From the IMG/VR virus record IMGVR_UViG_3300010430_000021: DNA of 20,000 nucleotides, one strand, 5' to 3'. Source of the DNA: an uncultured virus (IMG/VR IMGVR_UViG_3300010430_000021) (Duplodnaviria; Heunggongvirae; Uroviricota; Caudoviricetes). Under the pieces are notes generated by a model. That model saw only the letters and a program-made list of their open reading frames with translations. It was not told where the DNA came from and did no database searches. This document shows, piece after piece, positions 1 to 7,691 of this stretch. Each line of letters begins with the position of its first letter. Positions within the stretch are counted from its first letter, which is position 1. The position numbers were made by a program, and so were the translations under genes.

Positions 1-69
1 AAGGATCTCCCTACCCATCGTGGTCTTGGCGAGCGCCCGGACTTTATCGCTGTCGGGTTCGTAGCTCAA
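1..69 (-). CDS. 5' end of a hypothetical protein running off the window (MSYEPDSDKVRALAKTTMGREIL...)
   Basis: TTG at 69-67 overlaps the orn stop (TTGA); GGGAG SD-like motif upstream; frame open to the window edge. Confidence 0.55.
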   Translation of the reverse strand, partial: MSYEPDSDKVRALAKTTMGREIL

Positions 70-788
70 GGGCTGATCTCCCGAGCGAGTTCTATGGCGC
101 CCATCGTGTAGTCGCTCGCGCTCTCGGATTCCTTGGCGGACAAGATGTATTCGACGGCGCGTGTTTCGTTGGAGACTTCCTTCGCGGGCTCTGGCTCATA
201 GAGCAAGGGCTCGGGGCCTAGCGGGAGCATGTCGAGGTAGTGGCTCATTTCCTCGATGCTGTTGTGAAGGTCTTCGATTGCTCGATGCGCTTTGTACTCT
301 GGCGGCTTCCAGGGCCGGTGGTCTGGATAGAAGAGTTTGAGCATGTTCTTGATCGAGCTCACGTCCAGGTTCCTGTAGTGGAAGACTTCGTTGAGTTTGG
401 GCGCGAGCTTCTTCACGAAGCCTCGATCGAACGAGATTGTGTTCCCACACATGGGCGAGCCGATTGCCCCGAACTGGCGCATGAACTCTATAGCGCTCTC
501 TACGGCTGTTTTGAGAGGCACTCTCTCGCTGTCTTTGGAGAAGAGCTCATTCCAAAGCCCGTTGGCCTGGTGCATGTCCCAAATGAAGGGCTCAAGGTTC
601 TGCATGTTGATCATGCGCGTTGGGAACGTCACCCACGAGCACTCGGCGAGCACGTCGAGTTGTCGATTGGTGATGACGATACCGAGCTCGAGGATGGAGC
701 ATTCGCTTTCGTCGAGCCCGGTTGTCTCCAGATCGAGCCAGGCTAGGTTGGTGTGTTCGTCGTCGTTGTGATCAGCTTTTTGGGTCAT
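66..788 (-). CDS. orn: Oligoribonuclease (DEDDh 3'-5' exonuclease) with a C-terminal extension of about 50 aa
   Basis: LAWLDLETTGL, ILELGIVIT, MHQANGL, PMCGNTISFDRGF, FHYRNLDVSSIK and HRAIEDL match Orn motifs; ATG at 788 follows a GAGGA SD. Confidence 0.9.
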   Translation of the reverse strand: MTQKADHNDDEHTNLAWLDLETTGLDESECSILELGIVITNRQLDVLAECSWVTFPTRMINMQNLEPFIWDMHQANGLWNELFSKDSERVPLKTAVESAIEFMRQFGAIGSPMCGNTISFDRGFVKKLAPKLNEVFHYRNLDVSSIKNMLKLFYPDHRPWKPPEYKAHRAIEDLHNSIEEMSHYLDMLPLGPEPLLYEPEPAKEVSNETRAVEYILSAKESESASDYTMGAIELAREISP

Positions 789-793
789 GGGTT

Positions 794-1576
794 TTAATCC
801 TCGTCGTTCTGGCAATAGATGATTGGGCCGCGTTGGACGGGCTCCGCTTTCGCCGCGGCGCCTCGTAGTTGTTGTTCGCTCTTGAGCATTTCGACGTGGC
901 CCTCCAAGAACTCGACCTTCTTCAGAAGCGCGATGTTATCGGCCTGGAGCACTTCGTTGCGTCGGTGCATCTGGCGTTCCCGAGCGCCGCCCTCAGCGAA
1001 GGCTTTGTGCGCGTAGGCGAATTGGGAGTTGGGTTTGGATGTAACCATGCGGCCTGTGACTGTGCCCATCCCTAGCGCTTCGCTACTCTCTCGGTGCATG
1101 GAGATGGCTTCCATCTCGTTTTGGAGCTTCACGTTGCGGTGCCGGAGTTTGTCGTACTCATTGACGAGGATCTTGATTCCATCGGCAGTTGTAGATGCTC
1201 TGTGAATGCCTGGCACTTCTCGAGCCATTTGGCTCAGCTCGGCGTCGGTCATCACGGGGGGAATCTCGCACTCAGGGCGGTCTTTACTTGGGAGCATCAC
1301 TGAAGTGACGAACATCGCCACGAACGTGTGAATTTCCCACTTGCAGGCCATCGCGCCCGCCGTGGACAAGTCTTTCTTGCGAACAAACCACTGGTGCGAG
1401 CTCTTGTCGTACTCGTACCCGAAGCGCGTGAGTATTTCGATGATGGTCTCGTGGAACCTGTCCACGTCGTCGCGGAACTTGATGACGTGACAAAGGTGCG
1501 TCTCGAAGGTCTGTGGGACCGACCCCGAGTTGACCGCTAGTGTGGTTTTTACTCTGTCCCCTTTGTTGCGTGGCAT
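794..1576 (-). CDS. Hypothetical protein (260 aa) with coiled-coil segments and an embedded PolA motif-2-like peptide
   Basis: ATG at 1576 coupled to the upstream stop (TGATG); heptad-like segments flank GTVTGRMVTSKPNSQF. Confidence 0.75.
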   Translation of the reverse strand: MPRNKGDRVKTTLAVNSGSVPQTFETHLCHVIKFRDDVDRFHETIIEILTRFGYEYDKSSHQWFVRKKDLSTAGAMACKWEIHTFVAMFVTSVMLPSKDRPECEIPPVMTDAELSQMAREVPGIHRASTTADGIKILVNEYDKLRHRNVKLQNEMEAISMHRESSEALGMGTVTGRMVTSKPNSQFAYAHKAFAEGGARERQMHRRNEVLQADNIALLKKVEFLEGHVEMLKSEQQLRGAAAKAEPVQRGPIIYCQNDED

Positions 1577-2040
1577 CACTTCACTCCTGGTAGTAGGTTG
1601 GGCATTTTCTTGCCCTTGAGTCGGACTTCTTCCAACTGAGGCAAGGTGTACTGGCCGACTGTTTGGCCGTTGGGCAACACAAGGTGCGCCATGAACTCTT
1701 CGTCGAACGTCGTGATGTCGCTCTCTACGGCCTCGAGCTTGGCCTTGACGACAAGGGCGAGAGCTCGCCAACGTTGGCGGCCTGCCTGCTCCCAAGCCTT
1801 CTCTATGGCCGGCTGAGACCGCTCACGGCCCGTGTCCGTGAGTTGGAACTCATCGTCGTTGATGTCGGGCATCGTGATTTGGAAGCGGACCATGCGCCCG
1901 TCCATGCGAAAGGCGATGATGGCCGCGGTGCCATCCCAGCCGTAGCTGAAACCATCGGCGCCGTATCGCACGAGGGTCTTCTCAATCTCGGCCCTCGATC
2001 GGTCGGAAGTCGTTTTCGTTTGCGCTGCGTATCTACTCAT
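1576..2040 (-). CDS. Conserved phage hypothetical protein (YA..T...SR.EIE..L.RYGA / [18 protein letters not shown] type)
   Basis: Recognisable widespread phage family of unknown function; coupled by overlaps at both ends. Confidence 0.8.
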   Translation of the reverse strand: MSRYAAQTKTTSDRSRAEIEKTLVRYGADGFSYGWDGTAAIIAFRMDGRMVRFQITMPDINDDEFQLTDTGRERSQPAIEKAWEQAGRQRWRALALVVKAKLEAVESDITTFDEEFMAHLVLPNGQTVGQYTLPQLEEVRLKGKKMPNLLPGVK

Positions 2041-2870
2041 ACCGACACCTCAAATTTGATTGAGGGTTGGGGGTCGTAGCCCGTCAATTCGATGTCCGCG
2101 GCGACGATTTCATCCACGGGCTTGCCTGGTGGAAGCCCTAGGAAGGGCAGCGGGCCACACTCGCGCTTCATTTGCTCGCGTAGGCCCGGGATATGGTTCT
2201 GGTAGGCGTGCGCGTCCCCAATTGTGTGAACGAAATCGCCCCCCATGTAGCCGCACTCGTTGGCGATGAGTCGGGTCAAGAGCGCGTAGCTTGCGATGTT
2301 GAAGGGCACGCCCAAAGCCACGTCCGCCGACCGCTGATACATCTGGCAGTCGAGGTAGCCTTTGAATAGCGCGTCCCCTTCCTTGGGCCTCACGTAGAAT
2401 TGAAACATGAGATGGCACGGGGGCAGGGCCATGTCGGGCACGTCTTCGACGTTCCAAGCGCTCACGATGATGCGCCGGGACATGGGGCTCTCTTTGATTG
2501 TCTTGATGGCTCGAGCGATTTGATCGGTGCCTGCGTAATGAATCTCGGTTGGTGAAGGATTACGTGGGCGTCTTCCCCAGTTGCGCCACTGGTGCCCGTA
2601 GATAGGCCCGAGGTCGCCGTTCTCATCGGCCCACTCGTTCCAAATCTTAGAGTCGAGGTCGTTGATGTTGGTCGAGCCTGAGAGGAACCAAAGGAGCTCG
2701 GCGACTACGGCTTTGAAGTTGACCTTCTTGGTCGTGAGTAGCGGGAAGCCGTCTTGCAGATTGTATCTGTGTTGCGTCCCGAAGATCGATCGGGTGCCGG
2801 TCCCTGTACGGTCGCCGCGGTCGGTGCCGTTGTCTAGGATGTCGTTGACCAATTCCTTGTACTGTTTCAT
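2037..2870 (-). CDS. thyA: Thymidylate synthase ThyA
   Basis: [77 protein letters not shown]; start MKQY at 2870 (ATGA overlap). Confidence 0.97.
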   Translation of the reverse strand: MKQYKELVNDILDNGTDRGDRTGTGTRSIFGTQHRYNLQDGFPLLTTKKVNFKAVVAELLWFLSGSTNINDLDSKIWNEWADENGDLGPIYGHQWRNWGRRPRNPSPTEIHYAGTDQIARAIKTIKESPMSRRIIVSAWNVEDVPDMALPPCHLMFQFYVRPKEGDALFKGYLDCQMYQRSADVALGVPFNIASYALLTRLIANECGYMGGDFVHTIGDAHAYQNHIPGLREQMKRECGPLPFLGLPPGKPVDEIVAADIELTGYDPQPSIKFEVSV

Positions 2871-3115
2871 TTCGTTCTCTTCTCTGTGCAGTCGGGGCAG
2901 TAGTATTCTTCTGAGCCAGCGCTCGACCATCCTTTGGGCGTGACGAAACTACGCCCCTGCACAACCGCGTGGTTGTCGGGGATAGAATCAACCTCGAAAC
3001 TCTCGGTGAGAGTTACCGTGCCTTCCGCGGTGACGTAGCTCTTGCAATACGACCCTGCGCAGGTGATGTCGATTTCGGCTTTAACTCGGATAGTGAAGTC
3101 GCTGTAGTTGAACAT
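2867..3115 (-). CDS. Small putative Zn-binding protein (CAGSYC...GW...CPDC)
   Basis: 82-aa ORF with two Cys pairs; stop overlaps the thyA start. Confidence 0.7.
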   Translation of the reverse strand: MFNYSDFTIRVKAEIDITCAGSYCKSYVTAEGTVTLTESFEVDSIPDNHAVVQGRSFVTPKGWSSAGSEEYYCPDCTEKRTK

Positions 3116-3133
3116 TTGTCGGGGCTCTTAGCT

Positions 3134-3382
3134 CTACTCGGGCGCAGCGTCGGCTGCGTCCGCGATTCCCATAAAGGAGAAGTCGAGGTCGCCCGATGCC
3201 CTGTGGCTGATTGTGCCTTCAGCGGGCTCTGTGATGTTGTCCGCGTTGAAGGGGCTGTTGTCGTCGAAGTACCCACGGTCGGCGCAGACTTGCTTAGCTG
3301 CATCAATCGTGTTGAAGAGCATGTACTGCTCCGCAAACGTGAGTCCTGTTTTCCGGCTTTTGTCGATCAGTAGTATTTTCAT
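3134..3382 (-). CDS. Hypothetical 82-aa protein beginning with a Mu-terminase-like Walker A peptide (ILLIDKSRKTGLTFAE)
   Basis: ATG at 3382 overlaps the upstream TGA; GGAGA SD. Confidence 0.7.
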   Translation of the reverse strand: MKILLIDKSRKTGLTFAEQYMLFNTIDAAKQVCADRGYFDDNSPFNADNITEPAEGTISHRASGDLDFSFMGIADAADAAPE

Positions 3383-3963
3383 TCTGGTATCTCCAAGGTT
3401 TGCCCGTCCCAAGCGGCTACGCCGAACTCAGAGCAGGTCGTTATCGTGGTGTATCCTAGGTGGTTAAGGCTCACGACCCAATGAATTTGCGGGTCGAGTT
3501 TGGCTGAGGCGCAGATGTTCCCCGAAGGGCATTCTGTGGGCCTCTTCATGCGTCCGTAGCCGTCCTTGCGGCCACAGTTGGAGCATCGCCAAGCAATCAA
3601 CCCAGGCTTCAAATCGACGCCTGGGCAGTTCTTCTTGAGGAAGAGGAAGAGACGGCGAGCTCGTATCTTGACGAGTAGCTTTGAGCGCTCGTCGGCTTCC
3701 TTTTGGGTTTCGATCGAGGCGCCAACCCAAACATTGGGAGGGATCCCTCCGTTGGGGGGCATCCGGCGCCACTGCTCCGGCATCTCTCTGCCGAAGTGCT
3801 CGAAGTCCTCCACGAGAAGGAGGAATTGCTTGACGGGGTTGTCGGTTATGTCCTTGGCAACGTCATCGAGTTTCGTATGACGTTGCACAGGGACAAAGAC
3901 TCTGCCTTCTAATTCAGGCCAAACAGAGTCAAACCAGTGTGTGCGGGTCGGGAAGTTGGTCAT
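3379..3963 (-). CDS. Degenerate DUF5131 (phage Gp37/Gp68-like) protein
   Basis: N-terminal T..HWFDSVWP resembles T.IEW.D.TWNP; also PPNVWVGASIETQKEADER and IHWVV; the family Cys-cluster motif is absent. Confidence 0.65.
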   Translation of the reverse strand: MTNFPTRTHWFDSVWPELEGRVFVPVQRHTKLDDVAKDITDNPVKQFLLLVEDFEHFGREMPEQWRRMPPNGGIPPNVWVGASIETQKEADERSKLLVKIRARRLFLFLKKNCPGVDLKPGLIAWRCSNCGRKDGYGRMKRPTECPSGNICASAKLDPQIHWVVSLNHLGYTTITTCSEFGVAAWDGQTLEIPE

Positions 3964-4093
3964 GCGGATAGGTGTATCCCCAGGTGTGGTCACAGTCGCA
4001 ACCGTTCCAGGCGATGAGTACGAATTTTTCGGATTGATATTGGCGGCCACAGTATTTCCCCTGTGTGCCGCACTTCGGACAATGGTGAGGATC
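3929..4093 (-). CDS. Possible Zn-ribbon protein (CPKCG...CDCDHTW); start not defined
   Basis: Protein-like frame fills the gap 3964-4091; nearest in-frame ATG is at 4237, inside the upstream gene. Confidence 0.45.
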   Translation of the reverse strand, partial: DPHHCPKCGTQGKYCGRQYQSEKFVLIAWNGCDCDHTWGYTYPHDQLPDPHTLV

Positions 4094-4397
4094 AGTCTTC
4101 GGAGGGCTCGTCCTCTCCAGAACTCCCGTCTTCCTCGTCGGGGGATTCTGGCTCTCCTTGGGCGAGCTCTTCTTTGTTGCAGGTCTCGAGGATCTCTTGG
4201 GCCTGCTCGGCTGCCCTTGAGATTTCTCCGGCTGCATCGAGGAGGGCGTCGATTGCGTTGGCTCGCTCTTTTCCGTCTTTGTCTTCTTCGGGGTAGAGGA
4301 AGAGGGAGATTGCCGCATCGCACGCCTCCGTCGCGCCAGAGATATGCCCGTGTGCCGCCGCGAGGCGGGCCATGATGAAATCGCGTTCTTCTGCCAT
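4092..4397 (-). CDS. Acidic, helical hypothetical protein
   Basis: 101-aa ORF with GAGGA SD and a D/E-rich tail. Confidence 0.75.
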   Translation of the reverse strand: MAEERDFIMARLAAAHGHISGATEACDAAISLFLYPEEDKDGKERANAIDALLDAAGEISRAAEQAQEILETCNKEELAQGEPESPDEEDGSSGEDEPSED

Positions 4398-4400
4398 CGT

Positions 4401-4751
4401 TTACTTTTCCTCTTCTTCTTCTTTGGGTGTCGGGATCGGCTCATAGGGAGGCTTTGGTACTTTGTGGAATTGCTTCACGCTAATGACGGGCTCTCGAGCT
4501 ATCGCTGAGACGTACATAAGGTTTCCGCAAAAGTCGCAGTCAATGTAGAGGGAATTCTCTGTGAGTTTCGACTCGGGGATTGGATCGCGCCCACCATACT
4601 CGGCGAGCATTTTGTGGTTGTTGCGTTTGCCGCACCAAGGGCAAGGAACGTTGCTTTCAACGCCAGTCTTCGACTTCTTGCTGATGGGGTGATCTACTGC
4701 GAACGCTTGCTTGCGTTCCTCTTCACTTTTGTAGGGTCCAAAATCGGACAT
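4401..4751 (-). CDS. Zn-ribbon protein (CPWC...CDFC)
   Basis: 116 aa; TAATG coupling to the upstream gene; AGGAG SD. Confidence 0.75.
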   Translation of the reverse strand: MSDFGPYKSEEERKQAFAVDHPISKKSKTGVESNVPCPWCGKRNNHKMLAEYGGRDPIPESKLTENSLYIDCDFCGNLMYVSAIAREPVISVKQFHKVPKPPYEPIPTPKEEEEEK

Positions 4752-4912
4752 TAGTTTCTCTCCTTCTCTTCTTCGCTCTCGACGTGTTGGGTGAGGATGA
4801 TGCGAAGGTACTCAGACAGGCTGAGCACTCCCGACTTCTTTTGCACTTTCACAAGTCTCTTTAGGAGCTTTTCAGGGAGGCGTGTCTGTACTGCCTTTTG
4901 CTTCGCTGCCAT
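4751..4912 (-). CDS. Ribbon-helix-helix (CopG/Arc-like) DNA-binding protein
   Basis: 53 aa: beta strand KAVQTRLP, helix EKLLKRLVKVQKKSG, then SLSEYLRIIL (typical RHH pattern); first gene after a promoter. Confidence 0.75.
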   Translation of the reverse strand: MAAKQKAVQTRLPEKLLKRLVKVQKKSGVLSLSEYLRIILTQHVESEEEKERN

Positions 4913-4918
4913 GGCCAC

Positions 4919-4948
4919 TGAGTAGCATAGTGTTGCAGATTGTTGCAA
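4919..4948 (-). promoter_or_regulatory. Putative sigma70-type promoter (TTGCAA-18-TACTCA, preceded by TGc) overlapped by a TGCAACA direct repeat
   Basis: Direct repeats at 4931-4937 and 4941-4947 (10-bp period); -10 lies 6 nt before the ATG with no SD. Confidence 0.5.
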
Positions 4949-4956
4949 ACTGATTC

Positions 4957-4997
4957 AAAGAAAAAACCCCCTCTCGGGTCATAACTCCGAGAGAGGG
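4957..4997 (-). terminator. Rho-independent terminator
   Basis: Minus strand CCCTCTCTCGG-loop-CCGAGAGGGGG followed by TTTTTTCTTT. Confidence 0.85.
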
Positions 4998-5027
4998 CAG
5001 TGTGGTTGGAGCGATTGGCGTCGGCTC

Positions 5028-5321
5028 CTATTGGATAATCCTACTCTTGCCTTTGTCTGGTGTCGAGTCTGGATGGATGACTGTTATCGGCTTATCTGCG
5101 GTGAAGGTAAACTTCATGATGCCCTCTTGGCCGGTCCCCTGGATTTGGACTTTCCCCATCATTGTGAAGAGGCCAGGAATGGACGGGTCCGAGGTCACGG
5201 CGCCCATCATCTGCCCCATGCCTGGGAAGAAGATTTGGACGGGGATGCTTTTGTCTTCAGCCTCGGAGGCTGCGATGCGTCGGTTGAGATCGATGGCGAT
5301 TGGATGTTCGGCGAAATTCAT
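5028..5321 (-). CDS. Hypothetical 97-aa beta-rich protein
   Basis: ATGA-type coupling to the upstream gene; ends just before the terminator. Confidence 0.7.
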   Translation of the reverse strand: MNFAEHPIAIDLNRRIAASEAEDKSIPVQIFFPGMGQMMGAVTSDPSIPGLFTMMGKVQIQGTGQEGIMKFTFTADKPITVIHPDSTPDKGKSRIIQ

Positions 5322-5848
5322 ATCGGATTCATACCAGAAAACAACCGTGCCAGGAGGGTCGGGTCGGGCCCGATTTGAACGGCCTTGATACCGTGTGAGA
5401 CGAGCTTCTGAGCTCCCTCACCAGTAGGGCAAATCACGGCGTCGTAGACCTTCAGAGACTCGATCTCCTTGTCCACCATGATGTTCGTGCCTTCGAGGAT
5501 GGCAACGTTGGGCACGCCCACCGTGTAGAGGCCAGGGATGGCCATGGCGGGCTCGTAGGCGACGCCATCGCCGCCCTGGGAGTTCCCGAACTGAGCGGTG
5601 CTGATCGTCGCTCCTAGGGCCACGCCGGGCGGGATGCAGACCACGTTGATGAAGCGCATCTTGAGCGCAGTCATGAAGACGTGCGGCACTTTGTCCCAGG
5701 GGTGCATTCCAAAAGGGACAACACCGATAGGCATGACGCGAACCCCGAGTCCCGTCTTATCGACGGCCTCAAGGTATGGGAATGCGAGACCCTCCGAGTC
5801 CATGCTCGGTAGGGTCACGCAGGCGTAGCGGATCAGTGCTTCGTTCAC
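5318..5848 (-). CDS. Hypothetical protein resembling the N-terminal Rossmann half of a GT-B glycosyltransferase
   Basis: Alternating beta/alpha pattern and YDAVICPT...AQKL.SHGI segment; no C-terminal donor-binding domain. Confidence 0.5.
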   Translation of the reverse strand: MNEALIRYACVTLPSMDSEGLAFPYLEAVDKTGLGVRVMPIGVVPFGMHPWDKVPHVFMTALKMRFINVVCIPPGVALGATISTAQFGNSQGGDGVAYEPAMAIPGLYTVGVPNVAILEGTNIMVDKEIESLKVYDAVICPTGEGAQKLVSHGIKAVQIGPDPTLLARLFSGMNPI

Positions 5849-5854
5849 GCGGAG

Positions 5855-5863
5855 ACCCTACCA
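5855..5863 (-). promoter_or_regulatory. Putative extended -10 (TGgTAGGGT) for a leaderless transcript
   Basis: 6 nt before the GTG at 5848; no SD; overlapped by palindrome CCTAC-cat-GTAGG (5857-5869). Confidence 0.4.
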
Positions 5864-5881
5864 TGTAGGTGTGACAAGAGC

Positions 5882-6559
5882 CTAGTGGACCGCTTCGTCG
5901 ATCATGAGGTCCATCTCGTCGTCGCTGAGGTCGGTTCCAAAGCCACTTGAGAGAACTCCCATGTCGAGGTCTTCGAGCTCGTCCTTGATTTCCTCCGCGG
6001 AGAGCGTGGCAATCGGTGGAGGAAGCTCGCCGCCCGTTGCGCCGCCGCTGGTGTTGTAGGCGGGGACAACGGATGTTGTGCGGACGGGTGCCGGCAAGAC
6101 GGACGTGCCACGAGGCGAGGCCACCGTCGAGGTGTTGAGCTGAGGCATTGGCTCACCAGGCTGCACGTTCAGGTTGTGGTCGGAGACCATCCAACCGTAC
6201 TTGGGAAGGTAGGCTTGAACCGCTGTCTGGATGGCAGCGATGCTCGCGCCGACAACAACAGGGGTGTGGTATTGCTTGACTCGATCGATCCGGTGGACCA
6301 AGAGCCAGGCGGCGCCCGCTGCGCCTACCGTCGAGAGCACGCTTGCGTGCTTGGCTAGCTTTGGGAATCTCTTCAAGATCATCCCGTGAACGACTCGAGA
6401 AGCCATCCGGGTGCCTGCATAACCGGCGAACCCGGGGACGACAAACTCTGCGAGGTCTTGCAACGCGGGCGGGTTTGACTTCGCCACGATGTCGTTGTTC
6501 TTCTTCGCTCGTTTGGATGCGCGCTTCTTGTAGGCCGCTAGCCCTTTTTTCTTTGCCAT
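5882..6559 (-). CDS. Putative membrane-associated protein: basic N-terminus, NP motif, three hydrophobic/amphipathic helices, Pro/Thr linker, acidic tail
   Basis: ATG at 6559 with AGGA SD downstream of a strong promoter; 225 aa. Confidence 0.75.
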   Translation of the reverse strand: MAKKKGLAAYKKRASKRAKKNNDIVAKSNPPALQDLAEFVVPGFAGYAGTRMASRVVHGMILKRFPKLAKHASVLSTVGAAGAAWLLVHRIDRVKQYHTPVVVGASIAAIQTAVQAYLPKYGWMVSDHNLNVQPGEPMPQLNTSTVASPRGTSVLPAPVRTTSVVPAYNTSGGATGGELPPPIATLSAEEIKDELEDLDMGVLSSGFGTDLSDDEMDLMIDEAVH

Positions 6560-6592
6560 TGTTGTCCTGTCAAGGTGGGCCGGAGAGCCGAT

Positions 6593-6622
6593 AGTATAAG
6601 CATCCCCCGGATTTACGGTCAA
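6593..6622 (-). promoter_or_regulatory. Sigma70-type promoter TTGACC-18-TATACT
   Basis: Near-consensus hexamers in the gap between the MTase stop and the ATG at 6559. Confidence 0.75.
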
Positions 6623-6624
6623 CT

Positions 6625-7470
6625 TCAAGCTGCTAGATGCGCTCTGAGCAGTCCAGGGCGATTTGTGATGAGCAGGCAGGGCACTTTTCCACGGCCTGCC
6701 TTGTTGCGGTTGACCGAGCGCCTCTCCTGCGCGGGCACCGAAGTAGCGTAAGTATACCAAGACCTTACCTTCTCAGTGTCCGAGTTGTGGCAAAGGAAGG
6801 CCGCGCCGCGTTGGTGAGCGTAATAGAGCTCTGCGCTCAATCGGTCTTGACTTACGCCCGTGTACCCGTCCGCGGAGTAGCCAACATAGGTGCCGTCGTA
6901 GGGCGGGTCGGCGTAGATCAGGTCGCCCTCGCCGGCCTGGCGCACGCACGGCTCGAAGTCCCCGTGCTGGATTTCCGTGCCTTGCAGAGCTTCGGAGGCG
7001 GCGCCCATTCGCTCGAGTAGAGCGTCTGTGATCTTGTCCGATGCGTGCCCATAGGCTGCGTTCATCTTCCCCTTCTTGTTCGTGCGCCACAGTCCGTTGA
7101 AGCAGTGCGCGTTGAGGTAGATCATTCTCGCCGCGGCCTCGACATCCGTGTCGGGGTCGCTCGCTCGCACAGCGTAGTAGTTGTCTTCTTGCGTGCCCCA
7201 CTCGCGCAACTCGCACAAGAGCAGCCCGACATCTACGGGCGTCTCTTTGACGGCGCGGTAGGTACGCACGAGGTCTTCGAGGGTGTCGTTGACCACCATC
7301 CTCTCGAGCCCTAGACCTAGCGCCATCGCGAGCCCACCACTGAAGGGCTCGTAGTAGGTGCCCCCTGTTTCTTCGAGGTACGTCTTGATGGTCGGTGCCA
7401 GTGTCGGCACGAATGCTTTCTTTCCCCCTACCCATTTCAGGAACGGGATTGCCTTCGGTTCAAATGTCAT
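6625..7470 (-). CDS. Dam/DpnM-family (D12 class) N6-adenine DNA methyltransferase, orphan
   Basis: PFLKWVGGK, YYEPFSGG, FNGLWRTN, GDF, DLIYADPPY; ATGA-coupled start at 7470. Confidence 0.93.
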   Translation of the reverse strand: MTFEPKAIPFLKWVGGKKAFVPTLAPTIKTYLEETGGTYYEPFSGGLAMALGLGLERMVVNDTLEDLVRTYRAVKETPVDVGLLLCELREWGTQEDNYYAVRASDPDTDVEAAARMIYLNAHCFNGLWRTNKKGKMNAAYGHASDKITDALLERMGAASEALQGTEIQHGDFEPCVRQAGEGDLIYADPPYDGTYVGYSADGYTGVSQDRLSAELYYAHQRGAAFLCHNSDTEKVRSWYTYATSVPAQERRSVNRNKAGRGKVPCLLITNRPGLLRAHLAA

Positions 7471-7691
7471 TTCACTCTCCAGATTCCATCCCACCAAAAC
7501 AGTGCGATGCCTTCAATAATCACTTCCCTCTTGCGCCTGATTGGCGGCATCCTAGGGCCTAGGTAAATTTCTCTGTAGTCCGCGAGCTCCTTTATGTACT
7601 TCGTGCATTCAGAGCAAAGCCCTCGGATCGAACCCATGTCTACGCTTCGGTTCTCCCACGAGCATCGGGCGCACTTACTTGCCGAGGGCAT
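7467..7691 (-). CDS. Small Zn-finger protein (CARC...CSEC)
   Basis: 74 aa; stop overlaps the MTase start. Confidence 0.6.
   Translation of the reverse strand: MPSASKCARCSWENRSVDMGSIRGLCSECTKYIKELADYREIYLGPRMPPIRRKREVIIEGIALFWWDGIWRVK

Noticed and set aside
2037..2870. ThyA as a dCMP hydroxymethylase for base modification
   Set aside because: Retains the dUMP-specifying Asn (PFN) and all canonical ThyA motifs
3115..3127. 13-bp GAGCCCCGACAAA shared in inverted orientation with 19766-19778
   Set aside because: Several 13-bp matches are expected by chance within 20 kb
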